A stretch of 64,000 bases of DNA from Planctomycetota bacterium. GTDB taxonomy: Bacteria > Planctomycetota > UBA1135. A program made the translations under genes and the position numbers. The DNA lies in contig JASFYO010000029.1 in NCBI GenBank assembly GCA_045047305.1, forward strand, positions 32,001 through 96,000, written 5' to 3'. Positions 29,013 to 42,148 of the stretch are shown in pieces. How positions within the stretch are numbered: the first letter of the stretch is position 1; each line of letters opens with the position of its first letter. The notes under the pieces are model-generated. The model saw only the letters and a program-made list of their open reading frames with translations, had not been told where the DNA came from and did no database searches.

Positions 29013-29381
29013 ATGATTATCACTAATACCGAAACGGTGCCCGGCAAACGTCTGCTCGAGCATTACGGCCTAGTTCAAGGCAGCACCATTCGTGCCAAAA
29101 ATGTTGGCCGCGATTTCATGGCTGGTCTAAAAAACCTTGTCGGTGGAGAACTCAAAGGCTACACCGAACTACTACAAGAATCGCGTGATGAAGCCCTTTC
29201 GCGCATGGTTTCTCAAGCTGAAGAACATGGCGCCAATGCCGTGGTCAATGTGCGTTTCTCCACCTCTTCGGTGGCTGCAGGGGCAGCAGAAATCTTGTGC
29301 TACGGAACTGCAGTTAAACTCGCCGATGAGCGCACAGATATGGGGACGCCACCGCCCATCCCGCACCGCGAGGAGTATTAG
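29013..29381 (+). CDS. YbjQ/UPF0145 family protein
   Basis: GRDFMAGLKNLVGGELKGYTELL..SR..A..RM...A...GANAVVNVRF..YGTAV. Confidence 0.92.
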   Translation: MIITNTETVPGKRLLEHYGLVQGSTIRAKNVGRDFMAGLKNLVGGELKGYTELLQESRDEALSRMVSQAEEHGANAVVNVRFSTSSVAAGAAEILCYGTAVKLADERTDMGTPPPIPHREEY

Positions 29382-29384
29382 AAC

Positions 29385-29860
29385 GTGCTGCAAATTTACT
29401 TTGCACTTGGATTTTTAGTGCTCGGACTCACAGTGGGCTCCGCATTGGAGCGATTGCATTACCGCGCCATACGCAAGCGTGAGTTCGGTTTTATTACCTT
29501 ACCCGCCAGCTCTCTAAAGACCGTGCCAGACCCCGATCATGTAGTGCGTACCGAATTGGCACTTGGCTCGGTGGTGATTTCAGTGGACTACTTCAAGCGC
29601 TTTGCGGCCAACCTGAAGAAGCTGTTTGGCGGTGAGATTCACTCTTATTCAAGCCTGCTCGATCGTGCGCGTCGCGAATCCATGCTACGGCTAAAGGAAA
29701 GTTGCGCGGATTGCGACATGCTCATCAACCTACGGGTTGAAACCAGTACGATTTCGAGTGGCGGCAACTCCAACATCGGTTCTGTAGAGGTACTCACTTA
29801 TGCCACCGCAGTCTGGTACAGCCCCCGCTCGCGGCACAGTGTTCCAGTCGATTTGGAAGT

Positions 29861-29864
<4 letters not shown>
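29385..29864 (+). CDS. Membrane-anchored YbjQ-like protein
   Basis: N-terminal TM helix, then DYFKRF.A.LK.LFGGEI.SY.SLLDRARRE...YATAV. Confidence 0.85.
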
Positions 29865-32310
<2,446 letters not shown>

Positions 32311-32378
32311 CTACTATGCGCCTCTTTTGCCCTTGACTCAAGCGGAATCCTGCATCCACGCGAAGTTATGATTCCAGA

Positions 32379-33017
32379 ATGGGTACAGGTCAAAAGGTCG
32401 CAATTGGGTGTGGTGGATTTCTGCTTTTATTCCTCTTGGCTGGCTTCGGTGGCTGGCGCTGGCTGCAAAACAATTTGGGGATGACCAAGGACCCAGTGGA
32501 GATTGCCCAGCGCTTAGACGGTATCGGTGACTTCACCATTCCAGACATTTTTGAACCTAAATTCGGTATGTACACTGAAGCGCCACTCATAAATCCGATG
32601 TTGATGTACATCGCTCTGGGCGACCGCAATCAGCAAACCTCGCTGGTGATTTACCAAAGAGAGGGTTACCTCACCGAAGATGACTTACTGAAGGAAGTGC
32701 TCGATGGAGGTGCCGGCATGCAAATTCAAGTGGGAGTCGAAAATCTCGGGGAAGAAGAACACTTCCCAGTCACTTTCCGCGGTCAAGAATACTCAGCCAA
32801 ACTACAAGAGGGCATCGACGACAAACAGCAGGTAGAACGCATCGTCTTGGTAGTGATGCCAGATGAGCACTACACCACTATGGTTGTCTTACACGGTGAT
32901 CCCATCTTGATCCATCGCAACCTGCTGCAAACGATTCTGCAATCGTCTGCAGCCGTGGATGACGAGACTTCTACTCCCCCGATGAGCGCGGGAAAAACGT
33001 CAGCGGAAGATCAGTAG
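32379..33017 (+). CDS. Hypothetical membrane-anchored protein
   Basis: N-terminal TM (IGCGGFLLLFLLAGFGGW); -10-like TATGAT 6 nt before ATG. Confidence 0.65.
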   Translation: MGTGQKVAIGCGGFLLLFLLAGFGGWRWLQNNLGMTKDPVEIAQRLDGIGDFTIPDIFEPKFGMYTEAPLINPMLMYIALGDRNQQTSLVIYQREGYLTEDDLLKEVLDGGAGMQIQVGVENLGEEEHFPVTFRGQEYSAKLQEGIDDKQQVERIVLVVMPDEHYTTMVVLHGDPILIHRNLLQTILQSSAAVDDETSTPPMSAGKTSAEDQ

Positions 33018-34716
33018 ATTTACCATCGCGCAAAATGGTAACCGTAATAGTCTGACCGTTCTTGAACTCAGCAAGGCTATCCATGAAGTCGTAGATGTCG
33101 CCAATGCTGATGTCACCGACCTGGATGATGATATCGCCTGCAAGCAGGCCAGCTTTCTCTGCTGGGGAACCTGCTGAGGTACCGTTGATCAACATACCGC
33201 GATCCACCATCGCACCGTAATCCGGCATTGAGCCAAACCATACGCCATCCCCCAAGCCACGGCGTCCTTTGCCTGCATCCTTAGGCGCCTCTGGCTTGAC
33301 ATAAGCAAAACCGCTACGTGGTGCGTCTTGGAGTTGCTCTAGGAAATCAACAAGTCCTACAGCAAGATCCGCCATCCCACCAAAAGTCACTTTATCGGCA
33401 TCGTCGCTTGGTTTATGGTAATCCGAGTGAATGCCGGAGAAGAAGAAGACCGCCGGAATGCCCATCTTATGGAAGCTCATGTGGTCGGAACCACCGCCTC
33501 CGGCCATTTCGCCTTGCATCACGTTGAGGTGCATCTTGACTCCGCTTGCATCCATGGCTGCTTGCGCATGCTCAAGAGCAGGCGCAAAAGCTGCAGCCGT
33601 CGCGGCACTGCCTACGGTGACAGTTCCATCTGCTAAGCGCCCGACCATGTCTAGATTTAGATTAGCAACAACGTTTTGCAACTCGACGGTCGGGTTTTCC
33701 ACCCAGTAAGCGGAACCAAGCAGACCCATTTCTTCGCCGCTCCAGAAACAGAACAACATGCCCCGTGCTCCGGGCCCGTCTTCGGCCAACTTCACGCCCC
33801 AAGTTTCAGCCAGCTCTAAAGTCATAGCGGTCCCAGATGCATTATCATCGGCACCATTGTGCACCTCGTGTACGCCTGGCGCTAAAGAACCTTCACCACC
33901 AAATCCAAGGTGGTCATAGTGAGCTCCAACCACAATCCATTGATTACTGCTTCCAGGCGTAGCTGCGATCACGTTACGAGCGATCCGCGTTTCATGCAGG
34001 ACCGAAGGGTAGAGTTCCACCTTATTGCTGCTTTGACAGCCCTTCTCCAACACAGCAAACGTTTCCGAGTTCACCGTAAGGACTGGAATAGGCATCGCAC
34101 CTTGCACCGCGTTAAAGCTATCAAGCTCCTCGCCACCTAAGGTGATATCGTCTGGGTGGGTGCCTAGAATAATGCCGATGGCACCCGCCGCAGAAGCATT
34201 GCGGATTTTCTTACGCAGATTCCCGAGCGACTTCAACTGCTCACTCGCATCCATGCCAAATTCAGTGTAGCGGCGCACCAAAACGACTTTTCCGGAAACG
34301 TCGACAGCGGCGTACTCATCTAAGTTGTGCGCTGGGAAAACAACCCCATAACCAGCGACCACTAAACTGCCGGTGGCGGTTTCATTGGGCGAGGCGGCTA
34401 CCGTACTGACATCTTCCATGCGCTTGCCATTAAACAGGAGCTTCGAATTACCCGGTGCTGCCGGCATTTTGACTTCGAACTCCTGGAACCAACTGCCGTC
34501 GGGCCCAGCCGGTTCAAGACCAGCCAAAAGCAAATGATCCTTCAGGTATTCCGCGCTGCGGTAAGCACCATCCGAACCTGTGCGTCGGCCTTCTTGTGCG
34601 TCGTCCGCTAGCCAGCGCACATGCGCCTCGAGTTCGGGGGCAGAAACTACGCGGCTTGGGCCTGCGCATGCGGCCAAAGAGCCGAGGGTGAGAATGAGGA
34701 TGCTGGAGGTCTTCAT
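32971..34716 (-). CDS. M28 peptidase lipoprotein with PA and C-terminal PDZ domains
   Basis: Lipobox LAAC; GAHYDHLG, NGADDNASG, GEE, DMVG, SDH, DYHKP; PDZ (GSPAEKAGL.AGDII). Confidence 0.9.
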   Translation of the reverse strand: MKTSSILILTLGSLAACAGPSRVVSAPELEAHVRWLADDAQEGRRTGSDGAYRSAEYLKDHLLLAGLEPAGPDGSWFQEFEVKMPAAPGNSKLLFNGKRMEDVSTVAASPNETATGSLVVAGYGVVFPAHNLDEYAAVDVSGKVVLVRRYTEFGMDASEQLKSLGNLRKKIRNASAAGAIGIILGTHPDDITLGGEELDSFNAVQGAMPIPVLTVNSETFAVLEKGCQSSNKVELYPSVLHETRIARNVIAATPGSSNQWIVVGAHYDHLGFGGEGSLAPGVHEVHNGADDNASGTAMTLELAETWGVKLAEDGPGARGMLFCFWSGEEMGLLGSAYWVENPTVELQNVVANLNLDMVGRLADGTVTVGSAATAAAFAPALEHAQAAMDASGVKMHLNVMQGEMAGGGGSDHMSFHKMGIPAVFFFSGIHSDYHKPSDDADKVTFGGMADLAVGLVDFLEQLQDAPRSGFAYVKPEAPKDAGKGRRGLGDGVWFGSMPDYGAMVDRGMLINGTSAGSPAEKAGLLAGDIIIQVGDISIGDIYDFMDSLAEFKNGQTITVTILRDGKSTDLPLTFFPRSSGE

Positions 34717-34783
34717 GATGCCAGCGCATCATTCTAGCGATGCTCAATGGAAAAAACGTGCAGACTTGCGGACACAAGTGGGG

Positions 34784-36232
34784 TCAGAATCCGAGTTCCT
34801 TCCAGCGCTCCGCAACCTTTTTCTTCACTTCTGGAGCCATGACGATGGCATCGGGCCAATCCCGCGTAAAGCCTTCTTCCGGCCACTTACGGGTGGCATC
34901 GATGCCAACTTTAGACCCATAACATGCAGCGCGGCTTGCATGATCCAGCACCTCCATGGGACCCATGGTGAATTCTAAATCGCGCTGCGGGTCGATGTGA
35001 TTTAAAGTAGCCCACGCGACCTCGGAATCGTTGTGAATGTCGACGTCTTCATCCACCACCACGATGACCTTGGTGAACATGGCTTGGCCGAGCCCCCAAA
35101 TCGCGTTCATGATTTTGCGCGCGTGTCCTGGATATTGCTTTTTGATTTGCAAATACATCAAGTTATGCGCCACGCCTTCAAACGGCATGCGGTAATCGAG
35201 CACTTCCGGGAATTGCTTTTGCAGGACCGGAAGTAGCAATCGCTCGATACCTTCGGTCATCCAACAATCTTCTTGCGGGGGACGCCCGACCAAGGTCGTG
35301 TGATACACCGGATTCTTGCGATGGGTGATGCACTCGACATGGAAAATAGGGTACTTATCGGCAAGGCTATAGAAGCCGGTGTGATCGCCAAAGGGGCCTT
35401 CGACACGTAAGTCGGTTGGATCCACCCATCCCTCCAAAACGATTTCCGCGGTGGCTGGGACCTCCAAGGGCACCGTTTTACATGCCACCAAGGGCACTCC
35501 TTTTTGCCGAATGAATCCTGCGATGAGTAGTTCATCGACATCGGGTGGCGCGGGAATCACACTTGCAAAACACGTGGCAGGATCCGCGCCAATAACTACG
35601 GCTACAGGAATGCGTTCACCACGCTCTTCGGCTTTTTTGAGATGACGTCGCGCATCTTTGTGCAGATGAGAATGAAAGCCGGTTTCCTTTGGACCCATCA
35701 CTTGCAAACGATAAGTGCCTAGATTGCGACGTCCGGTTTCTGGGTCCTGGGTTACGCATAAAGGAAAAGTGATGAAGGGGCCAGCATCGTCTGGCCAGGT
35801 GGTGAGGACTGGGAGTTTGCAGAGGTCGACATCGTCCCCGTGTAAAACCACTTCTTGACATGGCGCTTTCGAAACCTTCTTCGGCATCCACGAACCAATG
35901 CTCAACAACTTCGGCAACATGCGCAATTTATCACCGAGACTCTCCGGCGGCGCTTGCTCGAGCAAATCATGCAAACGTTTGGCATGCTCCTCAATGTCCT
36001 CCACGCCCAAGGAAAGCGCGCAACGTTTGCGTGAACCAAAGGCGTTAATCAGCACCGGCATGTCGCTGCCCTTCACATTTTCAAACAGCAAGGCTTTGTT
36101 CTCAGCGCCTTGCTCCTTGCTCACGCGGTCGGTGATCTCCGAAATTTCTAGATATGGATCCACCTCCACGGTGATGCGTTTCAACTCGCCAGCCGCGTCC
36201 AGCATTTGAATCCAGTCCTGCAGGTTCTCCAT
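34784..36232 (-). CDS. ubiD: UbiD-family (menaquinone biosynthesis-type) decarboxylase
   Basis: VDPYLEISEI, RNLGTYRLQ, EGPFGDHTGFY, GRPPQED, SKVGIDAT. Confidence 0.9.
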   Translation of the reverse strand: MENLQDWIQMLDAAGELKRITVEVDPYLEISEITDRVSKEQGAENKALLFENVKGSDMPVLINAFGSRKRCALSLGVEDIEEHAKRLHDLLEQAPPESLGDKLRMLPKLLSIGSWMPKKVSKAPCQEVVLHGDDVDLCKLPVLTTWPDDAGPFITFPLCVTQDPETGRRNLGTYRLQVMGPKETGFHSHLHKDARRHLKKAEERGERIPVAVVIGADPATCFASVIPAPPDVDELLIAGFIRQKGVPLVACKTVPLEVPATAEIVLEGWVDPTDLRVEGPFGDHTGFYSLADKYPIFHVECITHRKNPVYHTTLVGRPPQEDCWMTEGIERLLLPVLQKQFPEVLDYRMPFEGVAHNLMYLQIKKQYPGHARKIMNAIWGLGQAMFTKVIVVVDEDVDIHNDSEVAWATLNHIDPQRDLEFTMGPMEVLDHASRAACYGSKVGIDATRKWPEEGFTRDWPDAIVMAPEVKKKVAERWKELGF

Positions 36233-36343
36233 GAGCGTAGTTTAGAGCTGCCAGAGCTCAAAATCCCGTCCAGAATCCAGGTGGTGGACGCATAAATAAG
36301 CGATACTTGGGAGGCTCTGGCCACTTTTTCAAACCCGCTCATC

Positions 36344-39286
36344 ATGAATCCCAAAACCTACCTCCTTGGGCTGCTCGCGCTTGCCCCTATTTCCTGTCAT
36401 ATCCAACCGACTACTTCCTCTACGCCCGCACCATCTGGAGGTGTGGTCACGGTGCAAGGCAACGTCTTTACATCCAGCAGTCAAAGCAATGCAGCCCTGG
36501 CCACAGCTTCCGATGGACGCACTGCTTTAGTGTGGGAAAGTAAGCGCCAAGAACGTGGCAGCTTCGGTATTTATGCACGCCTGTTTGATAGCGCTGGGCA
36601 ACCACTGAGCCAGGAACTCCATATCAACACTTTCCTGCCGCGTGCACAGTGGCATCCAGCAGCACAGTTCGCGGCCGACGACACCCTTTGGATTGCATGG
36701 GAATCGTATTCTCAGGATGGAAACGGTTCCGGCATTGTTGCGCGCGCCTTTGATATCGACGGCAATCCGCTGGGAGCAGAAATCCCCGTCAACCAATACC
36801 GTGATGGGGATCAAACCGAAGTAGTACTTGCGCGCGCAAGCCAGTCAGCAGTTTTGGCGGCATGGTCTTCGCGTGGAGAAGAAGCAGGAATGGATGGAAG
36901 CGGTATTCGCGTACGCTTGCTGCATCCGGACACACAAACTGAAGAAGTGCTAGTAAGCGCGCCGCAAAACGCAACCGACTTGCGCCCATCCGTGGCTGCA
37001 ACTGCGGATGGATTTTTAGTCGTCTGGACACGCAATTTATTACAAGATTCGCGTTCCATCATCATGGGACGTCTGCTTGATACAGCGGGCGCGCCAACCG
37101 CCCCGGAGTTTGCACTTGCGGACCAAGAAGGTGTAGACCAAATCGAAGCGGTAGTCGCCTCCAATGCAAAAGGTCAACTTGCGCTGGCCTGGTTACGCAG
37201 TACCCAAGGTGGCTATGCCGTGCTTGCTCAAAGCCTAAACTCAAATGCGCAAACCATGCTCTCCCCCATGTTGCTTGCAACCCCACAAGATGGTTGGAAG
37301 TCGGGCGTGAGTCTTGCGGTTTCTCCCAATGGAGATATCGCGGTAGCCTACAACCACGATGGCGAGACCATCCTGCGCGATGATGAAAAGCCGAAGACAC
37401 CACGTTCAGTTTTATGCCAACGTTTTAGCCGCGAAGGCGTGGCCATCGACCCCCATGCTTTTGCCCTCACCAAACAGGGAGCATTGGCGCTCCCCACTGC
37501 AGCCCCCCGCTTAGTCTGGAGTGCAGATGCACGCTTAATTTCATCCTTTGATGGCCAGGGTTCCGCTGGAGATTCCTCAGCGGCAAACTTGGCAGTTTGG
37601 CTTCCAGCTGGATTCCAAGCACCTGTTGCCCGCGACCTTGGCCCCGCTACTGCAGCAGTAGCCACCACCGACGCGGACATGCGCGCCGCCAATCCACCGA
37701 TTTGGGATCCGAATTTTGTCCCTCGCGGACGCCTGCTTGGAGTGCAAGCTGCTGGTGCTGACTTTGGTTTTGAAGGTGTTCCAGGAACTGGATGGATTCC
37801 ACCCGACCCAGAGATGGCCGTCGGCCCCTTCGATATTTTAGTGATGACCAACGGCGAAATCACTTCGTTAAGCAAGACTGGCACGGTGCGTTGGACCGAC
37901 TTGATTGAAGGCGCGGCTGGCCTTTGGGGATCTCTAGGCACCGGCGGATTTGTGTTTGACCCAGAATGTACTTGGGATCCACACTCCAATCGTTTCCTTG
38001 CGATGGCCAATGAGCGCACTAGCGGTCGCAGCTACTTCTTGTTTGCCATCTCCAAAGATGATTCTCCTAACGACCAAAACGATTGGTGGAAATATCGTTT
38101 CGATGTAACCGCTCTGGCTGGCGGCGACATTGATTCACCAAATATGTCGGTGGGCCCTAACAGCATCCTACTCACTGCAGACTTCTTCAATCCCGACAAA
38201 TACCTGATGTATCTCATCGACAAAGCATCAGTGCTGAACGGTGGTGTTGCAACCACGACTTCCGAACTCATCACCGGAACTGGACAACAGTCGATGGGTG
38301 TCCCTGTGGTTTACGATGCCAACAACACCATGTACATCGTACAGTCGACGGAGTTCGGCTCCAATAACAGCGTAATCTTGCATGCGATTGAAAATCCCTT
38401 TACGGCTTACTCGCGTACGACCTTCACCCTGAATGTTCCGACATACACCTACCCGGCACAGCCACCGCAGAAAGGTTCCAGTTCACGCCCATTCTTGTTT
38501 GAACCACGTTTCTGGAGTGTTGTGGAACGTAATGATTCGATTTGGGCCGTGCATCATGTGAACAATCTGCGCGCGCGGGTTCACTGGTATGAAATTGCTC
38601 TGAATGGCTGGCCCAGCGGCGGAAACCCCTCTTTGGCGCAGGACGGAGAAATCGATCTTGGCCCTGGCATTTCGAGCTTCTTCCCGAGCATTCACGTCGA
38701 TGCCAATGACAATGTGGCGATTAGTTTTGCGCGTTCGGCAACAAATGAATACATCTCCATGAACCGTGCGACTCGTGCGGCAAGCGATCCTGCCGGCACC
38801 ATGCGCCCAGCCCAAGTCGTGCGCACTTCCGCTGCCGCCCACACCTCTGGGCGTTGGGGCGACTACAGTGCTACCCAGGCAGAACCAAATATTCCAGGCA
38901 CCTTCTGGGGGCACCATGAATTCACCGACAATGGCACTTGGAGAACTTGGGTGGCGCGATATGTGATGCGTCCTGCACCCTTCCTGCTCTCGGTTCCGAG
39001 CCTTGTCGGCGGCAGCAACAATACGCTTTCAGTTTCGGGGGCAACGCCAAATGTTCCAGTGCGTTTTGCGTACAGTTTGCTTGGAACCGCCATCTTTGAA
39101 GTCCCAGGAAATGCTGCCATCTTGAGTTTAGACGCCCCAGCCTTAGCTGGAAGCACCAGCGCCAACGCCAGCGGCAATGCCAGCATTAACCGTTTCATAC
39201 CAAGCAGCTTCGCCGGCACTACGGTTTGGCTGCAGGCGGTGGAGAATGACCACGCGTCGAACTGGATTCAGTTGACGGTGCAGTGA
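36344..39286 (+). CDS. Large secreted/lipoprotein: N-terminal E.xVN repeats, central PPDP-type beta domain, C-terminal small beta domain
   Basis: Lipobox-like PISC; repeats ELHINTF / EIPVNQY; PPDPEMAVGP, FVFDP, RWGDYS. Confidence 0.7.
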   Translation: MNPKTYLLGLLALAPISCHIQPTTSSTPAPSGGVVTVQGNVFTSSSQSNAALATASDGRTALVWESKRQERGSFGIYARLFDSAGQPLSQELHINTFLPRAQWHPAAQFAADDTLWIAWESYSQDGNGSGIVARAFDIDGNPLGAEIPVNQYRDGDQTEVVLARASQSAVLAAWSSRGEEAGMDGSGIRVRLLHPDTQTEEVLVSAPQNATDLRPSVAATADGFLVVWTRNLLQDSRSIIMGRLLDTAGAPTAPEFALADQEGVDQIEAVVASNAKGQLALAWLRSTQGGYAVLAQSLNSNAQTMLSPMLLATPQDGWKSGVSLAVSPNGDIAVAYNHDGETILRDDEKPKTPRSVLCQRFSREGVAIDPHAFALTKQGALALPTAAPRLVWSADARLISSFDGQGSAGDSSAANLAVWLPAGFQAPVARDLGPATAAVATTDADMRAANPPIWDPNFVPRGRLLGVQAAGADFGFEGVPGTGWIPPDPEMAVGPFDILVMTNGEITSLSKTGTVRWTDLIEGAAGLWGSLGTGGFVFDPECTWDPHSNRFLAMANERTSGRSYFLFAISKDDSPNDQNDWWKYRFDVTALAGGDIDSPNMSVGPNSILLTADFFNPDKYLMYLIDKASVLNGGVATTTSELITGTGQQSMGVPVVYDANNTMYIVQSTEFGSNNSVILHAIENPFTAYSRTTFTLNVPTYTYPAQPPQKGSSSRPFLFEPRFWSVVERNDSIWAVHHVNNLRARVHWYEIALNGWPSGGNPSLAQDGEIDLGPGISSFFPSIHVDANDNVAISFARSATNEYISMNRATRAASDPAGTMRPAQVVRTSAAAHTSGRWGDYSATQAEPNIPGTFWGHHEFTDNGTWRTWVARYVMRPAPFLLSVPSLVGGSNNTLSVSGATPNVPVRFAYSLLGTAIFEVPGNAAILSLDAPALAGSTSANASGNASINRFIPSSFAGTTVWLQAVENDHASNWIQLTVQ

Positions 39287-39323
39287 ATCAGAAATTCACG
39301 ATAACTGGTGATGGTTTAGCTGC

Positions 39324-41849
39324 CTAAGCCACCACGAAGTTCACCATGCGGCCGGGCACCACAATCACCTTGCGGATTTCTCCGTCTAGGTGCTCGGCGA
39401 CGGCTGCGCGTGCTGCGACTTCCATGACACTCTTATTAGCACCGGCTGGGACGACGGCACGCGCGCGCAACTTACCGTTGATTTGCACCGGGATTTCAAC
39501 CGTGTCCGAGGTTAACTTGGACTCATCGTAGACCGGCCACGCAGCATAAGCCAGAGTTTCAGTCATGCCGATATTGGACCAAATCTGTTCTGCGATGTGC
39601 GGCGCAAACGGTTCCAAAAGGATACACAAGGTGGATGCTTGATGCTTGGTCAAAGCCCCCTTCGCTTTGGTACCTACATTAACGAACTCCATCATGGCGG
39701 CAATCGCCGTGTTGTAACCCATTTGCTCCAAGTCATCGCCGCACTTACGAATGCACTGATGCAAGGCGCGCTCGGTTTCATCCGGTCCACTTTTCGCAAC
39801 ACCGCGATCTAGCAAACGCCAAGTGCGTTGCAAGAAGCGGTGCACTCCTGGTAGGTCGCGTGGATTCCAAGGTGCACTAGCAGTCACTGGGCCCATGAAG
39901 GCTTCGTATAGGCGCATGGTGTCGGCGCCGTACTGCTTAATGACATCGTCAGGGTTGACCACGTTCTTCAACGACTTCGACATCTTCGCGGTCTGACGTT
40001 CGACGCCGTCACCGGTCTTGGTGGAAACATAAACGCCTTCTTCTTTTTCCTCGACCTCATCGACGGGTACTAAAACGCCATCGGAGTTGCGGAAGGCATA
40101 ACTCTGCACCATGCCTTGATTGACTAACTTATGGAAGGGCTCATCCGCGGAAACCAAACCGCAATCGAACAGCACCTTATGCCAGAATCGTGCGTAAAGC
40201 AGGTGCAGCACCGCGTGCTCGGCGCCTCCGACGTACAAGTCCACCGGCATCCAGTAATTTTCCTTCTCAGAATCCCACGCGGCCACGGAGTTATGAGGAT
40301 CGAGAAAACGCAAGTAATACCAACAACTACCCGCCCATTGCGGCATAGAATTCGATTCGCGTTTCCACACTTTGCCGTCGCCATCGACCACGTTCATCCA
40401 CTCAGTTGCGCGTGCTAAGGGTGGATCACCGGAAGCTGATGGAGTGAAGTCCGCCAATTCCGGAAGTGTCACCGGCAAATCACCTTCGTCAACCAACTTA
40501 GAGACTCCAGTTGGCTTGCCCGACGCATTCATTTCATGCAGGATTGGGAAAGGTTCCCCCCAGTAACGCTGACGGCTAAACAACCAATCACGCAACCGAT
40601 AGTTAATCTTGCCCTCCCCAATGAAACGTTTCTCCAACCACGCAACCATCCGTGGGATTGCGTTTTCACGGGCAAAACCATCAAGGAAACCGGAGTTTAT
40701 CAACTCACCTTCCTGGTTGATAATTTCGCGCACTTCCAAGCCATACTTCTCAGCAAACTCGCGATCACGGGCGTCGCCATCGGGTACGCACATAATGGCC
40801 CCGGTGCCGTAACTCATCAGCACATAATCGGCCGTCCAAACCGGCATCAAGCGACGCGCATCCCCTTGTGGATAAACCGGGTTCAAGGCGTAAACTCCAG
40901 TGAACACACCAGACTTGTCCTTTTGCAGTTCGGCACGCTCCAATTCGGATTTAGTGGCTGCCTGAGCCACATAAGCATCGACCTCTTTGCGGGCAGAATC
41001 CACTGCCACCTCGGCAATAAGAGGGTGCTCTGGTGACAAAACGGCAAAGGTGGCGCCAAACAAGGTGTCGGGGCGAGTAGTGAAAACTGCGAAGGATTTA
41101 TTTAACAAATTGCCTTTAGCATCGGCAAGTTGAAACTTTAATTCAGCACCTTCGGAGCGCCCAATCCATTCGCGTTGCATCGCCTTCACGGATTCCGGCC
41201 AATCCACCTTCTTCAAGCCAGCAAGCAAGCGGTCAGCATACTCGGTAATTTTCAGCATCCATTGACGTAAGGGGCGCTTCACACAACGATGACCTCCACG
41301 TTCGGAAAAGCCGTTGATGACTTCCTCATTAGCCAAAACCGTGCCGAGTTCTTCACACCACCAAACCGGAATCTCGGCTTGATAGGCCAAACCTTTTTCG
41401 TAAAGCTTGGTGAAAATCCACTGCGTCCATTTGTAATACTCCGGCGCGGTGGTGTTAATCTCGCGGTTCCAGTCGTAGCTAAAACCAAGTCCCTGCAACT
41501 GACGGCGGAACTGATTCACATTCTTCTCCGTGGTCACCGCCGGATGGGTGCCAGTCTGAATCGCGTATTGCTCAGCAGGCAAACCGTAAGCATCCCAACC
41601 CATGGGGTGAAGAACGTTGAAGCCCTTGTGGCGTTTGAAGCGCGCAGTGATATCCGTGGCGGTGTAGCCCTTCGGATGCCCCACGTGCAAACCCGCTCCG
41701 GATGGATACGGGAACATATCCAAGACGTAATACTTGGGCTTCGAGGCATCAAAACCTTCCTCGCCGGGACCGGCGGTACGAAAGGTATCTTGTTCACGCC
41801 AAGCATTCTGCCAGCGGGATTCAATGGTGGTGAAATCGTAATCAGACAT
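39324..41849 (-). CDS. leuS: Leucine--tRNA ligase
   Basis: MFPYPSG.GLHVGH, editing domain FTTRPDT, KMSKS; start taken at MSDYDF. Confidence 0.97.
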   Translation of the reverse strand: MSDYDFTTIESRWQNAWREQDTFRTAGPGEEGFDASKPKYYVLDMFPYPSGAGLHVGHPKGYTATDITARFKRHKGFNVLHPMGWDAYGLPAEQYAIQTGTHPAVTTEKNVNQFRRQLQGLGFSYDWNREINTTAPEYYKWTQWIFTKLYEKGLAYQAEIPVWWCEELGTVLANEEVINGFSERGGHRCVKRPLRQWMLKITEYADRLLAGLKKVDWPESVKAMQREWIGRSEGAELKFQLADAKGNLLNKSFAVFTTRPDTLFGATFAVLSPEHPLIAEVAVDSARKEVDAYVAQAATKSELERAELQKDKSGVFTGVYALNPVYPQGDARRLMPVWTADYVLMSYGTGAIMCVPDGDARDREFAEKYGLEVREIINQEGELINSGFLDGFARENAIPRMVAWLEKRFIGEGKINYRLRDWLFSRQRYWGEPFPILHEMNASGKPTGVSKLVDEGDLPVTLPELADFTPSASGDPPLARATEWMNVVDGDGKVWKRESNSMPQWAGSCWYYLRFLDPHNSVAAWDSEKENYWMPVDLYVGGAEHAVLHLLYARFWHKVLFDCGLVSADEPFHKLVNQGMVQSYAFRNSDGVLVPVDEVEEKEEGVYVSTKTGDGVERQTAKMSKSLKNVVNPDDVIKQYGADTMRLYEAFMGPVTASAPWNPRDLPGVHRFLQRTWRLLDRGVAKSGPDETERALHQCIRKCGDDLEQMGYNTAIAAMMEFVNVGTKAKGALTKHQASTLCILLEPFAPHIAEQIWSNIGMTETLAYAAWPVYDESKLTSDTVEIPVQINGKLRARAVVPAGANKSVMEVAARAAVAEHLDGEIRKVIVVPGRMVNFVVA

Positions 41850-42021
41850 GGATTCCATGCAGACAGGGGCACCTAGCCCACAATCCGGCAAGGATTCTAC
41901 TGAAACCGCCCTCTACGTGCTTTTCCAGTCTCAAATTGGGTGGATGTAAGCGCAAAGCGCCGCTACACTTTCCCGCCCTGGGTATGCGAGCTTTGCCTCA
42001 AACGCCCAATCAGGATGCAAT

Positions 42022-42097
42022 GGGGCTTTAGCTCAGTTGGGAGAGCGCCACACTGGCAGTGTGGAGGTCAGGGGTTCAAGTCCCCTAAGCTCCACCA
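42022..42097 (+). tRNA. tRNA-Ala(GGC)
   Basis: Cloverleaf GGGGCTT..., anticodon arm CCACA-CTGGCAG-TGTGG, T-loop TTCAAGT, G3:U70 pair, encoded CCA; 76 nt. Confidence 0.97.
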
Positions 42098-42148
42098 TTC
42101 ATCCTCACTACGCTGACTTCTCAGCGTTGTTAACCCTCCAATCTGACG

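Noticed and set aside
32384..32400. ACCTTTTGACCTGT on the - strand resembling part of a TPP riboswitch
   Set aside because: No upstream CTGAGA or P-stems, and it lies within the coding start of the divergent gene
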